A DNA stretch of 64,000 bases from Fibrobacteria bacterium (GTDB lineage Bacteria; Fibrobacterota; Fibrobacteria; UBA11236), in contig JAYTHY010000006.1 in the NCBI GenBank assembly GCA_043732185.1, positions 46,338 to 110,337 of the forward strand. Direction: 5' to 3'. How positions within the stretch are numbered: position 1 is the stretch's first letter; every line of letters begins with the position of its first letter. The notes beneath the pieces are model-generated. The model searched no databases. It saw nothing but the letters and a program-made list of their open reading frames with translations, and had not been told where the DNA came from. Both the position numbers and the translations under genes were made by a program. This document shows positions 47,757 through 56,780 of the stretch, piece after piece.

Positions 47757-49448
47757 CTATTGAATAGCCATCAGAATTTCCATCATCTGGCTGATGGTCT
47801 GTATGTATTTGGCCGAGGCCTTGTAACTGTTTTGGTATTTGATCATATTGGTCATCTCTTCATCCATAGAAACACCAGATATCGAACCCTGCTCCGAATC
47901 CATCTGGGCAATCAAAAACTCTCTGGTATCTTTCCTAGATTTATTTTCATTATTCTCGATGCCCATCTTGCCGATCACGGCACTATAGAAATCGCCAATG
48001 CTCTGCGTAGGTGAACCATCGGCATCATTGTTCATGGATTTTGCCAAACGAACCTTGGCCAGTTCAGCGGCATTGCCACCGTTTCCATTTCCAGAAAAAC
48101 CTGTAGTGTTGTAGGCAATTTTGACCGAAACGCTATCCAAGGCCGCATACCGGGCGTAATTCAGAAAGGTGATTGTGCCTTTTTCATAGTCGACAACATA
48201 GTCCTTACCCGCGCCTTCCTCGAGTACAATTCCGTTGGCTGCGCCGGATGTCATCGTGAGTTTTACACCGCCTTGAACCAGATTCTGGTATTTTGAATCA
48301 ATGGCGCTAAGGTCCAGAGTTGGGCTGGCAGCTAGTGGGATTGTAAGTGGTAAGGCTGCGACATCCGTGATTTTACCTCCTGCTGCTGCAGCGATATTAG
48401 CGCTATCTGCAAGCACGGAATCAGACAACGTCATGGTTCCTGCAGTGGTTTTTGTCGGGTCGAAAAAATATACGCCCGTGGCTTTGTTCAAAGTATAACC
48501 TGCAACGTGTACGGCATTGACCTGAGTAACAATGGCCTTAGCCAATTTATTCAATTGCTCTTTATATCCATTCAGAACTTTGCTGCGGGCATCCATTATC
48601 CCGCGCAAACTTCCACTGCGCGGTTCAAAGGGCTTGCCGGAAGCCATGAACTTGAGCCGCAGTTCAGTGGTCTGGGTGCCATCCGATAACGTTCTATCCA
48701 CTCCATATGTCCCGATTTTTAAAACCTCAGAAGCGCCTACCAGAAGATTGCCTCCTGATGTGATGGTCATTCCTCCATTTGAATCCTCAATAGTCTGTAT
48801 ATCAATGAGTTCCGAAAGCTTACGCACAGTCAGATCCCGTTGGTCACGGGCTTCATTGGCTTTTTGCCCCTTGCTGGCTTCTACGCCGACTATTTTTTCG
48901 TTCAAGAGATAAATCTGACCTGTCAAATCGTTCACAGTTTTAGCCTTTTGATCCAGGGGGCTATTCATGGAAAGACCGTATGCCTCGATTTCCTTGAAGG
49001 CGCTATGCAAGGTATCTGTGAGTACCAGGGCTGAAGATTTTACTGCCTCACGGGAAGAAAGATTGGCGGGACTGTTAGCCAAGTCCTGCCAGGAAGCCCA
49101 GAACTTATTCATTTGGGCCGCAAGTCCCGTTTCGGTTGGCTCTTTCAGTATGTTCTCCAACCGGGTATAGGCTGAAGCAATCTCAGTGGTCAAGCCCTTT
49201 TCTCCCATCTGTTCCCACGTTTGCCGATCCAGGAATTCGTCGCGGACCCTGGCGATGGTAGTGACCTCTACACCAATACCCTGCTGGCCAAAAACGTCGT
49301 TCCTAATCGAGGCCGCTTGCAAGTCGACGCGTTTACGGGAATACCCTTCGGTATTGGCGTTGGAAATATTCTGACCCGTCACGTCAATCTGGGTTTGAGC
49401 AACGTTCAATCCGCGCATCCCAATACCTAATGCATCAAATAATCCCAT
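47757..49448 (-). CDS. flgK: Flagellar hook-associated protein 1
   Basis: GQNISNANTEGYSR, DQRD, SGVSMDEEMTNMIKYQNSYKASAK. Confidence 0.96.
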   Translation of the reverse strand: MGLFDALGIGMRGLNVAQTQIDVTGQNISNANTEGYSRKRVDLQAASIRNDVFGQQGIGVEVTTIARVRDEFLDRQTWEQMGEKGLTTEIASAYTRLENILKEPTETGLAAQMNKFWASWQDLANSPANLSSREAVKSSALVLTDTLHSAFKEIEAYGLSMNSPLDQKAKTVNDLTGQIYLLNEKIVGVEASKGQKANEARDQRDLTVRKLSELIDIQTIEDSNGGMTITSGGNLLVGASEVLKIGTYGVDRTLSDGTQTTELRLKFMASGKPFEPRSGSLRGIMDARSKVLNGYKEQLNKLAKAIVTQVNAVHVAGYTLNKATGVYFFDPTKTTAGTMTLSDSVLADSANIAAAAGGKITDVAALPLTIPLAASPTLDLSAIDSKYQNLVQGGVKLTMTSGAANGIVLEEGAGKDYVVDYEKGTITFLNYARYAALDSVSVKIAYNTTGFSGNGNGGNAAELAKVRLAKSMNNDADGSPTQSIGDFYSAVIGKMGIENNENKSRKDTREFLIAQMDSEQGSISGVSMDEEMTNMIKYQNSYKASAKYIQTISQMMEILMAIQ

Positions 49449-49449
49449 T

Positions 49450-50064
49450 TCAAACGCTCCGATTAATCAAGTTGCGGATTTGAATTTTGCCAATACGAAC
49501 AGCACCCTTGGAGGAGTAGGTGTTCATTTTTTCATTCTGCTTGCGCCCGACCACGCTAGTCATGATGCCGACCGTGGTATGGATGATTCGGCTGCCATTT
49601 TCAACCAACGCCATGTTGATGCAAAGTATGCTTTTAAGTTCGCCAGTGGATTTGAGCAATGCTTCTCGGCAAATGCGCAGGCGCTCGGCTTGTTCAGGAC
49701 GCAGCAATGGGTAGATGTCCTCGCATTTAGCTTGGAACGAACCCTCACGTCCTTTAGTTATCCCCAGCAGCTTCTCGGTAATCACTACGCGCGCTTCCTC
49801 AAGAACGAACAAGGATCCTATCAACCGCTCTGACTCCACATTGGCATCGGAGTTTTCGGCCAGCTTCCTATTTACCAGCGCCATCCGTTGACGATTAGCC
49901 TGCAACAAGTACGCGTCGTAAAGGGCCAACTGAGCATTGAGATTGACGATGAGTTCTTCGCCCAGTAACGTTGGCTCCTCACCACGTGTCGGTTTCACTG
50001 CGGATTCCTGAAGCAAATCTTCGAACTCCCGGCCTAAGACCAATTCCTTGTATTTGAAACTCAT
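49450..50064 (-). CDS. flgN: Flagellar export chaperone FlgN-like
   Basis: Helical; LEEAR, N..L, TYSSKG, INRSV; directly upstream of flgK. Confidence 0.75.
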   Translation of the reverse strand: MSFKYKELVLGREFEDLLQESAVKPTRGEEPTLLGEELIVNLNAQLALYDAYLLQANRQRMALVNRKLAENSDANVESERLIGSLFVLEEARVVITEKLLGITKGREGSFQAKCEDIYPLLRPEQAERLRICREALLKSTGELKSILCINMALVENGSRIIHTTVGIMTSVVGRKQNEKMNTYSSKGAVRIGKIQIRNLINRSV

Positions 50065-50933
50065 CGTATCCTTTCCGAACCAGACGGAGCCGCAGCTTCG
50101 AATTCGCTTTTGGCTTTGAGGACCCGTTTAACATAGTCCTTGGTTTCCTGGTAAGGCGGAATACCGCCATAATGTTCTACAGCCGCGGGCCCGGCATTAT
50201 AGGCTGCTAAAGCCTTGCTTTCATCCCCCTGGAATTTTTCCAGAAGCTTCTTGAGGTAGCGGGTTCCCGCCAAAATATTTTCGTGAACATTGAAGACATT
50301 GCGCACACCAAGGTCGGTGGCGGTCGAGTCCATCAATTGCATCAAGCCTTTTGCACCGGCTTTAGAAACAGCCAAGGGTTGATTCGCCGACTCGACTTTA
50401 ATGACGCTTTTAATCAGGTTCGATGCGACGCCGTAGGTTTTAGCGGCAAAGTCCACAATGGGATTCAGTTTTTCGCTGGATATGGAAGCAGACTGGGGAA
50501 CCGATGTGTTACGGGAGGCTTGTCCCAACGTTTGGGCGGCGGCCGGCGTAGGTAGGGTATCGCCTTCTTTGCGGCTCAAGGACCGGTAGATTTGCGCAGC
50601 CATCCCGTTGGAAAGTCCGCTCATGGCATTTTTTAAACCTTGTTCACCGGATTCAAGCGGTGACTTGGCATGCATTCCCGCATATTGATTGTCCAACATC
50701 TCCGTAAAGATTTCCCGGCCTGGAGAAGCCTCAGTCAAATCATTTCCAGCGCTGGAGGCTGTCTCTCGCATAGCCTTATACATCTGACCAAGAAACATGG
50801 CCTCAAAATCGAGACTGGCTTTCCAACGTTTTCTTTCTGCGTCTGTGATTCCTGCTTTAACGCCCCCGGTTTGGCTTTTCAGGCGGTCCAGGCTATTTAA
50901 AGATTCCGGTGTCATGATCTTGATTCCCGTCAT
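50061..50933 (-). CDS. FlgJ-like rod-binding domain fused to an SLT lytic transglycosylase
   Basis: DFEAMFLGQMYKAMR...FTEMLD; IKVES, GAKGLMQLM, AAYNAG, ETKDYV. Confidence 0.88.
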   Translation of the reverse strand: MTGIKIMTPESLNSLDRLKSQTGGVKAGITDAERKRWKASLDFEAMFLGQMYKAMRETASSAGNDLTEASPGREIFTEMLDNQYAGMHAKSPLESGEQGLKNAMSGLSNGMAAQIYRSLSRKEGDTLPTPAAAQTLGQASRNTSVPQSASISSEKLNPIVDFAAKTYGVASNLIKSVIKVESANQPLAVSKAGAKGLMQLMDSTATDLGVRNVFNVHENILAGTRYLKKLLEKFQGDESKALAAYNAGPAAVEHYGGIPPYQETKDYVKRVLKAKSEFEAAAPSGSERIR

Positions 50934-50955
50934 TCGGCTTTAAATAGAGGAATAC

Positions 50956-50970
50956 GCAAAGGGCGTGCCA
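50956..50970 (-). promoter_or_regulatory. Sigma54 (-24/-12) promoter of the flgJ-flgN-flgK-flgL operon
   Basis: Minus strand TGGCAC-GCCCT-TTGC matches TGGCAC-N5-TTGC exactly, just upstream of the first gene. Confidence 0.85.
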
Positions 50971-51061
50971 CGGCCTAGGGGCGGTAAAAAGACCCTATCA
51001 GTGGAAATGGAAGCGATTTAAGCGAAAATGCTTGAAGAAGGAGGGGTAAAACTTGCCCCTG

Positions 51062-52120
51062 TTAGGAAATCGATGCCTGGTCTTCGGGACTCTTTTCAAT
51101 CATAGTGGATTCATCCATCCGGCGTAAAGCATCCAGCAAAATGGCCATGGTGTCCCCTTCCAGGTTTTGTGCTGGAGGGGCTTCATCGGTGTGGAAGCGG
51201 AACGTTCCGGTGCGCCAACGAAGCACATCGTCAAGCGCCTCTGTACCTTGCACGTTACCCATACTCCCATGCATGATTTCACCCTCTTGAAAGCCGAATC
51301 GGGCCCGTAGATTGGCCAGTTCAACCACCAGGGTTCCGGTCATGTGCGAACTCATAACCGTTTGTACCAAGTCCACAAAGGGGAAGAAACGCAAATCTCC
51401 GGAAAGGCCCGGTGACATGAGTTGGGAGAGCTTATGATTGTTGGCTTTGATGCGCTTGGACAACATCCGATAAAGCAAAATACTGAGCACGGGAAAGTCC
51501 GCTACCAGCTTGTAGAATTCTTGCCGTGAAATAGCGAGAGTCAAGCATTCCTCCAAAGCGTCAACCTGATTGCTGGTCGTCGCTCCGGTTAGGATGGACA
51601 TCTCTCCAAAACAATCGCCTTTGCGCAGCACCGTGAGCTCCAGAACACGTCCGTCGCTACCGCGGTTGGCAATGCGCACCATGCCCTTGGCAATGACATG
51701 AAAATGTGAACTGGTCACATTGCCTTCCAAAATAACTTCGCCGGCCCTAAAACGCATGGGCACAGCTCGTTCCCGAAACGCTTCAGCCACCGTGGCAGGC
51801 ATTTGTTCCAGAAACGGCTTAGACATTTGATATTCCGCATTGAGCACTTCTTCAAAAGCAATGGCAGGTTTGGAAAGTTTGCTCATCTGACAAAAATTCC
51901 AGCGACACGAGCAGGTTTTATAACCCGCTTCAATCTGGCCTTCCGCGCGTGTGCCTTCCATGGCCACGGGGATAAAAGTCGCAATCGGCATGGAACAAAT
52001 TTGCAATTGGTTTCCGAAAACTCCCGGCATTTGCACTTGCAGAGAATCGCCTTTGCTGTAGTACGGGCAGTTGTTCAGTTCCTGGGCTTTGAGCGACCAA
52101 GTCTTTTCCGGTTCTTGCAT
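51062..52120 (-). CDS. Cys-containing N-terminal domain + cNMP-binding domain + DUF4388
   Basis: CPYYSKGD...C...CSC; GDCFGEMSIL; GLSGDL..FPFVDLVQ...W.TGTFRF...LLDALRRMDE. Confidence 0.85.
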   Translation of the reverse strand: MQEPEKTWSLKAQELNNCPYYSKGDSLQVQMPGVFGNQLQICSMPIATFIPVAMEGTRAEGQIEAGYKTCSCRWNFCQMSKLSKPAIAFEEVLNAEYQMSKPFLEQMPATVAEAFRERAVPMRFRAGEVILEGNVTSSHFHVIAKGMVRIANRGSDGRVLELTVLRKGDCFGEMSILTGATTSNQVDALEECLTLAISRQEFYKLVADFPVLSILLYRMLSKRIKANNHKLSQLMSPGLSGDLRFFPFVDLVQTVMSSHMTGTLVVELANLRARFGFQEGEIMHGSMGNVQGTEALDDVLRWRTGTFRFHTDEAPPAQNLEGDTMAILLDALRRMDESTMIEKSPEDQASIS

Positions 52121-52255
52121 ACCGTAAAACCTACCTATTATTGAATTGAAAGCGGGGCTTACATCCTGGAGGATTTTGGGTTTTTACATTCTACTTCACA
52201 AGCAATTGGGAACACAAGCAATTTGACTGCACAAACATCACGTCCATAAAAATAA

Positions 52256-53593
52256 TCAGAGCGTCCGGTAGCTGGGATTGGGAGTCATCATGCCGATGTA
52301 CAGGGCGCGAATCGCTTTTTCATAATCCGCGTTATTGATACCGATGATGATGTTCAGTTCCGAAGCGCCTTGATCGATGATGCGAATATTGACCTTGGCA
52401 GCGCCAAGGGACGAGAACACCTTGGCTGCCATGCCCACTTGGTGCGTCATGCCTTCACCGACAACCGCGACCAAGGAAAGTTCGTGTTCAACTTCTAGCG
52501 TGTCCGGCTCCAAGATTCGCCGTATGTCCTCGAGAATGGCTTCGGTTTTTTCCCCGATTTCCTCGCTGGAAACCACCACGCTCATACTGTCAATAGAAGT
52601 GGGGCAATGCTCGATGCTAACCCCTTTGGTTTCAAAAACTTCCAAAACCTTACGGGCAAATCCGATTTCCTTGTTCATCATGTTTTTTTCGATGGTGAAC
52701 ATGGAAAAGTTCTTTTTACCTGCGATGCCGGCGATATCGTATCTGGTAACTGCCGGCAATTTGGAAACGATGAGGGTGCCTGGATCCTCCGGTTGATTGG
52801 TATTGCGAATATTGATCGGAATGCCGACATCGCGAACGGGGGCAATGGCTTCGTCATGAAATACATTGGCGCCCATGTAGGACAATTCCCGAATCTCCCG
52901 ATAACTCACCTCGTCCAGGGGGTGCGGGTTCTCGACGATGCGTGGGTCCGCCATGAGCAAGCCGGATACGTCTGTCCAGTTTTCGTAGAGTTCAGCTTCA
53001 ACGGCACGCGCGGCAATGGCACCGGTAATATCGGAGCCCCCACGAGAAAAGGTTTTGATGTGGCCTTTTACATCCACTCCATAAAATCCCGGTATGATGT
53101 ACAAGCGATTTTGATTCTGCATGCGGGCACCCAGAACCTTGTAGGTTTTGGAATCGATACGGCCGGCTTTGTCGAAAAAAATCGTCTCTAAAGGATCAAT
53201 AAATTCCGCATCCAGGAAATCTGCCATGAGTAATCCACAAAGGTATTCACCGCGCGAAGCCACAAAATCACGCGTCGCACCTTTTTCAACCTCATGGCGA
53301 AATTGCTCCAACGTATTTCCGATATGCGTCTTGAGGCCTAGCTCCCGCTCTATCTCCAGGAACCGATCCCTTATCAGTGTAAAGGGGGAATCCAGATTAA
53401 GACCCTTAACCGCCATGTCGTGGCAAAGATAAAGCAGGTCCGTCAGTTTGGTCTCCCCGGCATTGCGTTTGCCCGGGGCCGAGGGCACAACGACCCGGCG
53501 TTTAGGATTGGACTGGAGGATTTTTTTGATTTTTAGGAATTGGAAGTGGTCGGCAACGCTGGAACCGCCGAATTTACAAACAATGGAAGACAT
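52256..53593 (-). CDS. lysC: Aspartate kinase
   Basis: KFGGSS, SAPGKR, SRGE, FSRGGSD, WTDVSG, ACT domains. Confidence 0.95.
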   Translation of the reverse strand: MSSIVCKFGGSSVADHFQFLKIKKILQSNPKRRVVVPSAPGKRNAGETKLTDLLYLCHDMAVKGLNLDSPFTLIRDRFLEIERELGLKTHIGNTLEQFRHEVEKGATRDFVASRGEYLCGLLMADFLDAEFIDPLETIFFDKAGRIDSKTYKVLGARMQNQNRLYIIPGFYGVDVKGHIKTFSRGGSDITGAIAARAVEAELYENWTDVSGLLMADPRIVENPHPLDEVSYREIRELSYMGANVFHDEAIAPVRDVGIPINIRNTNQPEDPGTLIVSKLPAVTRYDIAGIAGKKNFSMFTIEKNMMNKEIGFARKVLEVFETKGVSIEHCPTSIDSMSVVVSSEEIGEKTEAILEDIRRILEPDTLEVEHELSLVAVVGEGMTHQVGMAAKVFSSLGAAKVNIRIIDQGASELNIIIGINNADYEKAIRALYIGMMTPNPSYRTL

Positions 53594-53635
53594 ACTCTGG
53601 TACCTTTATAGTTAAAGGAAAACTTAAGAAAAGAT

Positions 53636-53662
53636 TCAAGAATAAAACCATGGTACCGATAT
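53636..53662 (+). promoter_or_regulatory. Putative sigma28 (FliA) promoter of the flgM-like gene
   Basis: TCAA-15 nt-ACCGATAT versus consensus TAAA-N15-GCCGATAA. Confidence 0.6.
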
Positions 53663-53689
53663 TCTAAAGTAGAGCCAAGAGACAAAACC

Positions 53690-54037
53690 ATGAAAATTGA
53701 AAACCGTACACCCCTGCAAGCCCCAAGACCCGACCAGGGCAAACTTGGCAGCACCCAGCCTAAAGAGAGTGGGCCAGCCTTCTCTGCAGCCTTCGCTAAG
53801 GCTCTAGCCACCGCCCCTTCAGTTACACCTTCCACTAAACCTTCAGTTCAGGCAGCTGCTCCCATCACTGCGTTGGCCCATCCCACTGTCTCCGCACCCG
53901 TCACAGAAAGTGGAATCAGTCCTGAGGACCATATGGAAGCCATCAAGTTTCGAATGAAAACGGGTTACTACAACAACAACTCAGTCCACGACGCCTTATC
54001 TGAAAAGCTGTCCGCCATTTTTGACGAACAGGCTTAG
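53690..54037 (+). CDS. FlgM-like anti-sigma28 factor
   Basis: MKI start, disordered middle, C-terminal MEAIKFRMKTGYY...ALSEKL. Confidence 0.6.
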   Translation: MKIENRTPLQAPRPDQGKLGSTQPKESGPAFSAAFAKALATAPSVTPSTKPSVQAAAPITALAHPTVSAPVTESGISPEDHMEAIKFRMKTGYYNNNSVHDALSEKLSAIFDEQA

Positions 54038-55053
54038 TGGCCCTCGGCAAAGAACCGTTCAAACCGCTTTACAAATCGCTCCAAGTCCTGGGCAGGTAAG
54101 ACATTAATTCCGGCCGCCAGTTTACGACCTCCACCAGTAGCAAATTCCGACGCTAAACTTGCCGCTGAAGGTACGTCTGCATCGGAACGGCGGGCAGCCC
54201 GAATGGAAACTTGAAAGTCCCCTCCGGCACGGGGATGAATCAGGGCCAAGGCCTGTAAGGGATGGTCCAGGATGTGTTCATTCGCCCAGGTAGCCAAGTA
54301 CCGACGGGCCCACGGTGCATCCGGCGCCAAATAGGCACGCGCAGCCTCCGAATCGTTTAGGGCGGTCAAGTTTTTACACATAGATTGATCGGAAGCGAAC
54401 TGCTGGGCGAGCGGACCAAAAATACTGTCCTCTTGGCAAAAATCCAGCGCCGATGTGAATTGGGACATTCGTTTGGCCAAATCGGCTGGGTCGAAAAGGA
54501 CATCGCTGATTTTTTCACCGTAGGCATTGTAATTGAGGAGAATACCGGAACGCTGCAACAAGTTGCGCTCCGCTGGGGAAGCACCGACCTCGTCAATCAA
54601 AGCCTTGGCGGTATCCGGAACCGCATCTCCAAAGGCTGCCATGGCCGCCCAGAGCCCTTGTTGTCGCCCGAATACCGCGTTCACGATAACGGCCGAACAG
54701 GTTCCCGAGGACTGGTGAATATGGAGGTGTAAACGAGGATGAGGTTCGACCTCCCCGGGGTCATGGTGATCGTACCACGTCACGTGCAAATTTTCCTTGG
54801 CTAAAATAGTAAGTAGCTCAGGCTGATTTTGACGGAGGCTAATGTCCAATGCATGGATTTGTCCCGCTTCCATGGGTGGTAACTTTTGGAGCAGTTTAAT
54901 ATCCCGTTTCAACCCTGTAATACGCAGATCTGGCGCCCCCAAATGCATTTCCAGAATGCGTTGGGCGATCAGTCCATCGGCGTCCCCATTGAACAAAAAA
55001 ACCAATGGACCAAGACCGGATACCGCTACCCTGTTTATTTCACCCAAGGCCAT
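54034..55053 (-). CDS. DHH-family phosphoesterase-like protein
   Basis: FNGDADG, LDIS, YDHH, GGGRKLAAG. Confidence 0.8.
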   Translation of the reverse strand: MALGEINRVAVSGLGPLVFLFNGDADGLIAQRILEMHLGAPDLRITGLKRDIKLLQKLPPMEAGQIHALDISLRQNQPELLTILAKENLHVTWYDHHDPGEVEPHPRLHLHIHQSSGTCSAVIVNAVFGRQQGLWAAMAAFGDAVPDTAKALIDEVGASPAERNLLQRSGILLNYNAYGEKISDVLFDPADLAKRMSQFTSALDFCQEDSIFGPLAQQFASDQSMCKNLTALNDSEAARAYLAPDAPWARRYLATWANEHILDHPLQALALIHPRAGGDFQVSIRAARRSDADVPSAASLASEFATGGGRKLAAGINVLPAQDLERFVKRFERFFAEGH

Positions 55054-55543
55054 AACGCGCCTTGAGCACCTGCATGTGGTGCCGTTCATGACCCATCAAA
55101 ACCCTGATCATTTCTAGCGGGGTAATCTCTACATCGTTGGCGGAACCCTTTCGGTTCCAGGCTTGGTCATCTAATCCTAGCAGGATGGCGGAGGTAGCCT
55201 CGGCGATACCGCGATGGGCTATTAAAATGTCCGACCAGTTCGCCTTTTCGAAACGGCCTTGTACTACATATTCATTTTCATCGAAGCCGGGAAGGGATTT
55301 GCTTTCTCCCCTAGCGATGCAAACAAGTCGATAGAGATAAATCAGGTTTGCATCCGTCACATGGCCCATGACCTGTTTAACACTCCATTTTTCCGGAGCA
55401 TACTTTTCATCTGTCTGCGCTAGGGAAATGCTTTCCAAAAATTCCCTGGTTTTTTGAACATGAGCGGAAAATCTGGCCACCGGGTCTTGGGGTGCCGCTT
55501 CGTCCAGATATATTCTCCAAGGCGCTTCATTCAATGCTTTCAT
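55040..55543 (-). CDS. DinB/YfiT family protein
   Basis: YAPEKWSVKQVMGH, LPGFDEN, GHERHH. Confidence 0.88.
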   Translation of the reverse strand: MKALNEAPWRIYLDEAAPQDPVARFSAHVQKTREFLESISLAQTDEKYAPEKWSVKQVMGHVTDANLIYLYRLVCIARGESKSLPGFDENEYVVQGRFEKANWSDILIAHRGIAEATSAILLGLDDQAWNRKGSANDVEITPLEMIRVLMGHERHHMQVLKARYGLG

Positions 55544-55629
55544 TTTTACCTCCGGCTAAATAAAATCCACTGAAAATAAATCTAATTCCAATCACCGGAC
55601 GGGCTGCTGGACGAGACCGCAATCACAGT

Positions 55630-56730
55630 ATGGACTCAAGTTGTGGATTATCTTCCTTCCACATGATTCAAACCCAGTTCGCACCCGGTAAAACAACCCA
55701 ATTCGACACCGCCTATCCCCATTCGGCCGGCCGGTTTAAACCCATAAATAGACAAATCGGCCAAGACGGCTCGCCAGAAATCATCCTGGCACCCGGCTCC
55801 CCGATGGAGGACGTCTTGCGCCTGGTTTCCGCCGTAGCCGGTGCGGATTGCCCAGTGTTTTTGCGGGGAGAAAGCGGTTGCGGCAAAGAAATGGTGGCGC
55901 GACACGTACATCTAAAAAGCAATAGGGCCGGCGGGCCATTTGTTGCCGTAAACTGCGCAGCCCTGCCTGCTGGCCTCATTGAAAGTGAATTATTCGGTCA
56001 TAAAAAAGGGGCCTTTACCGGGGCCCATGCCGATCATCCCGGTACATTTCGAACCGCTCACGGAGGCACATTGCTGCTGGACGAAATTGGGGATATGCCC
56101 AGGGAGGTGCAAACGCGGCTACTGCGCGTCCTCCAGGAAAAAAAAGTATGCCCGGTTGGTGACAGCCACGAATACCCGGTCGATTTCCGTCTCGTCTGTG
56201 CCACCCATAGAGACTTGCGCCAGGAAGTTGCGGAAGGCCGATTTCGTGAAGACCTGTATTACCGTCTCAATGTCGTGGAAATCCGGATACCGCCTCTACG
56301 GGAGCGTCCACACGATATCCTTCCACTGGTTCAGCATTTTCTTTCCTCCCTGCTACCTGGTGCTGAAGCGCGGGTTGCCGCAGCATGTTTTCCCCGTCAC
56401 CTGCTAACCCTATCCTTTCCTGGAAATATCCGGGAACTGAAAAATCTGGTCGAACGGTATTCGGTGATGCGTACTCTGGGTTGGAGCTGGCAAGAAGCCG
56501 CCCGAACGGATAGCGTAGCCGAAAAGTTACCTCCCAAGCCGGAAACCATCGGTTTTTCAAGCCATATGCATTCATACCCTAGCCGAATACCCAATTCTAG
56601 GGTGTCGGAAGCGGAAATTACGCATGCCTTAGCCACTTGCGGGCAGCATAGAAGCAAAGCGGCAACATTGCTGGGAATTTCCCGCCGTGCGCTACAATAC
56701 CGTTTAGCGAAAATGACTCGCGTTTATTAG
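55630..56730 (+). CDS. Sigma54 enhancer-binding protein without a recognisable N-terminal sensory domain
   Basis: GESGCGKE, GAFTGA, LLDEIG, FREDLYYRLNV, C-terminal HTH; start uncertain. Confidence 0.9.
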   Translation: MDSSCGLSSFHMIQTQFAPGKTTQFDTAYPHSAGRFKPINRQIGQDGSPEIILAPGSPMEDVLRLVSAVAGADCPVFLRGESGCGKEMVARHVHLKSNRAGGPFVAVNCAALPAGLIESELFGHKKGAFTGAHADHPGTFRTAHGGTLLLDEIGDMPREVQTRLLRVLQEKKVCPVGDSHEYPVDFRLVCATHRDLRQEVAEGRFREDLYYRLNVVEIRIPPLRERPHDILPLVQHFLSSLLPGAEARVAAACFPRHLLTLSFPGNIRELKNLVERYSVMRTLGWSWQEAARTDSVAEKLPPKPETIGFSSHMHSYPSRIPNSRVSEAEITHALATCGQHRSKAATLLGISRRALQYRLAKMTRVY

Positions 56731-56780
56731 CAACTTCCCCTTCCCTGAGCGTCGTTTTCCCGCTATATTAATGCATCGCT

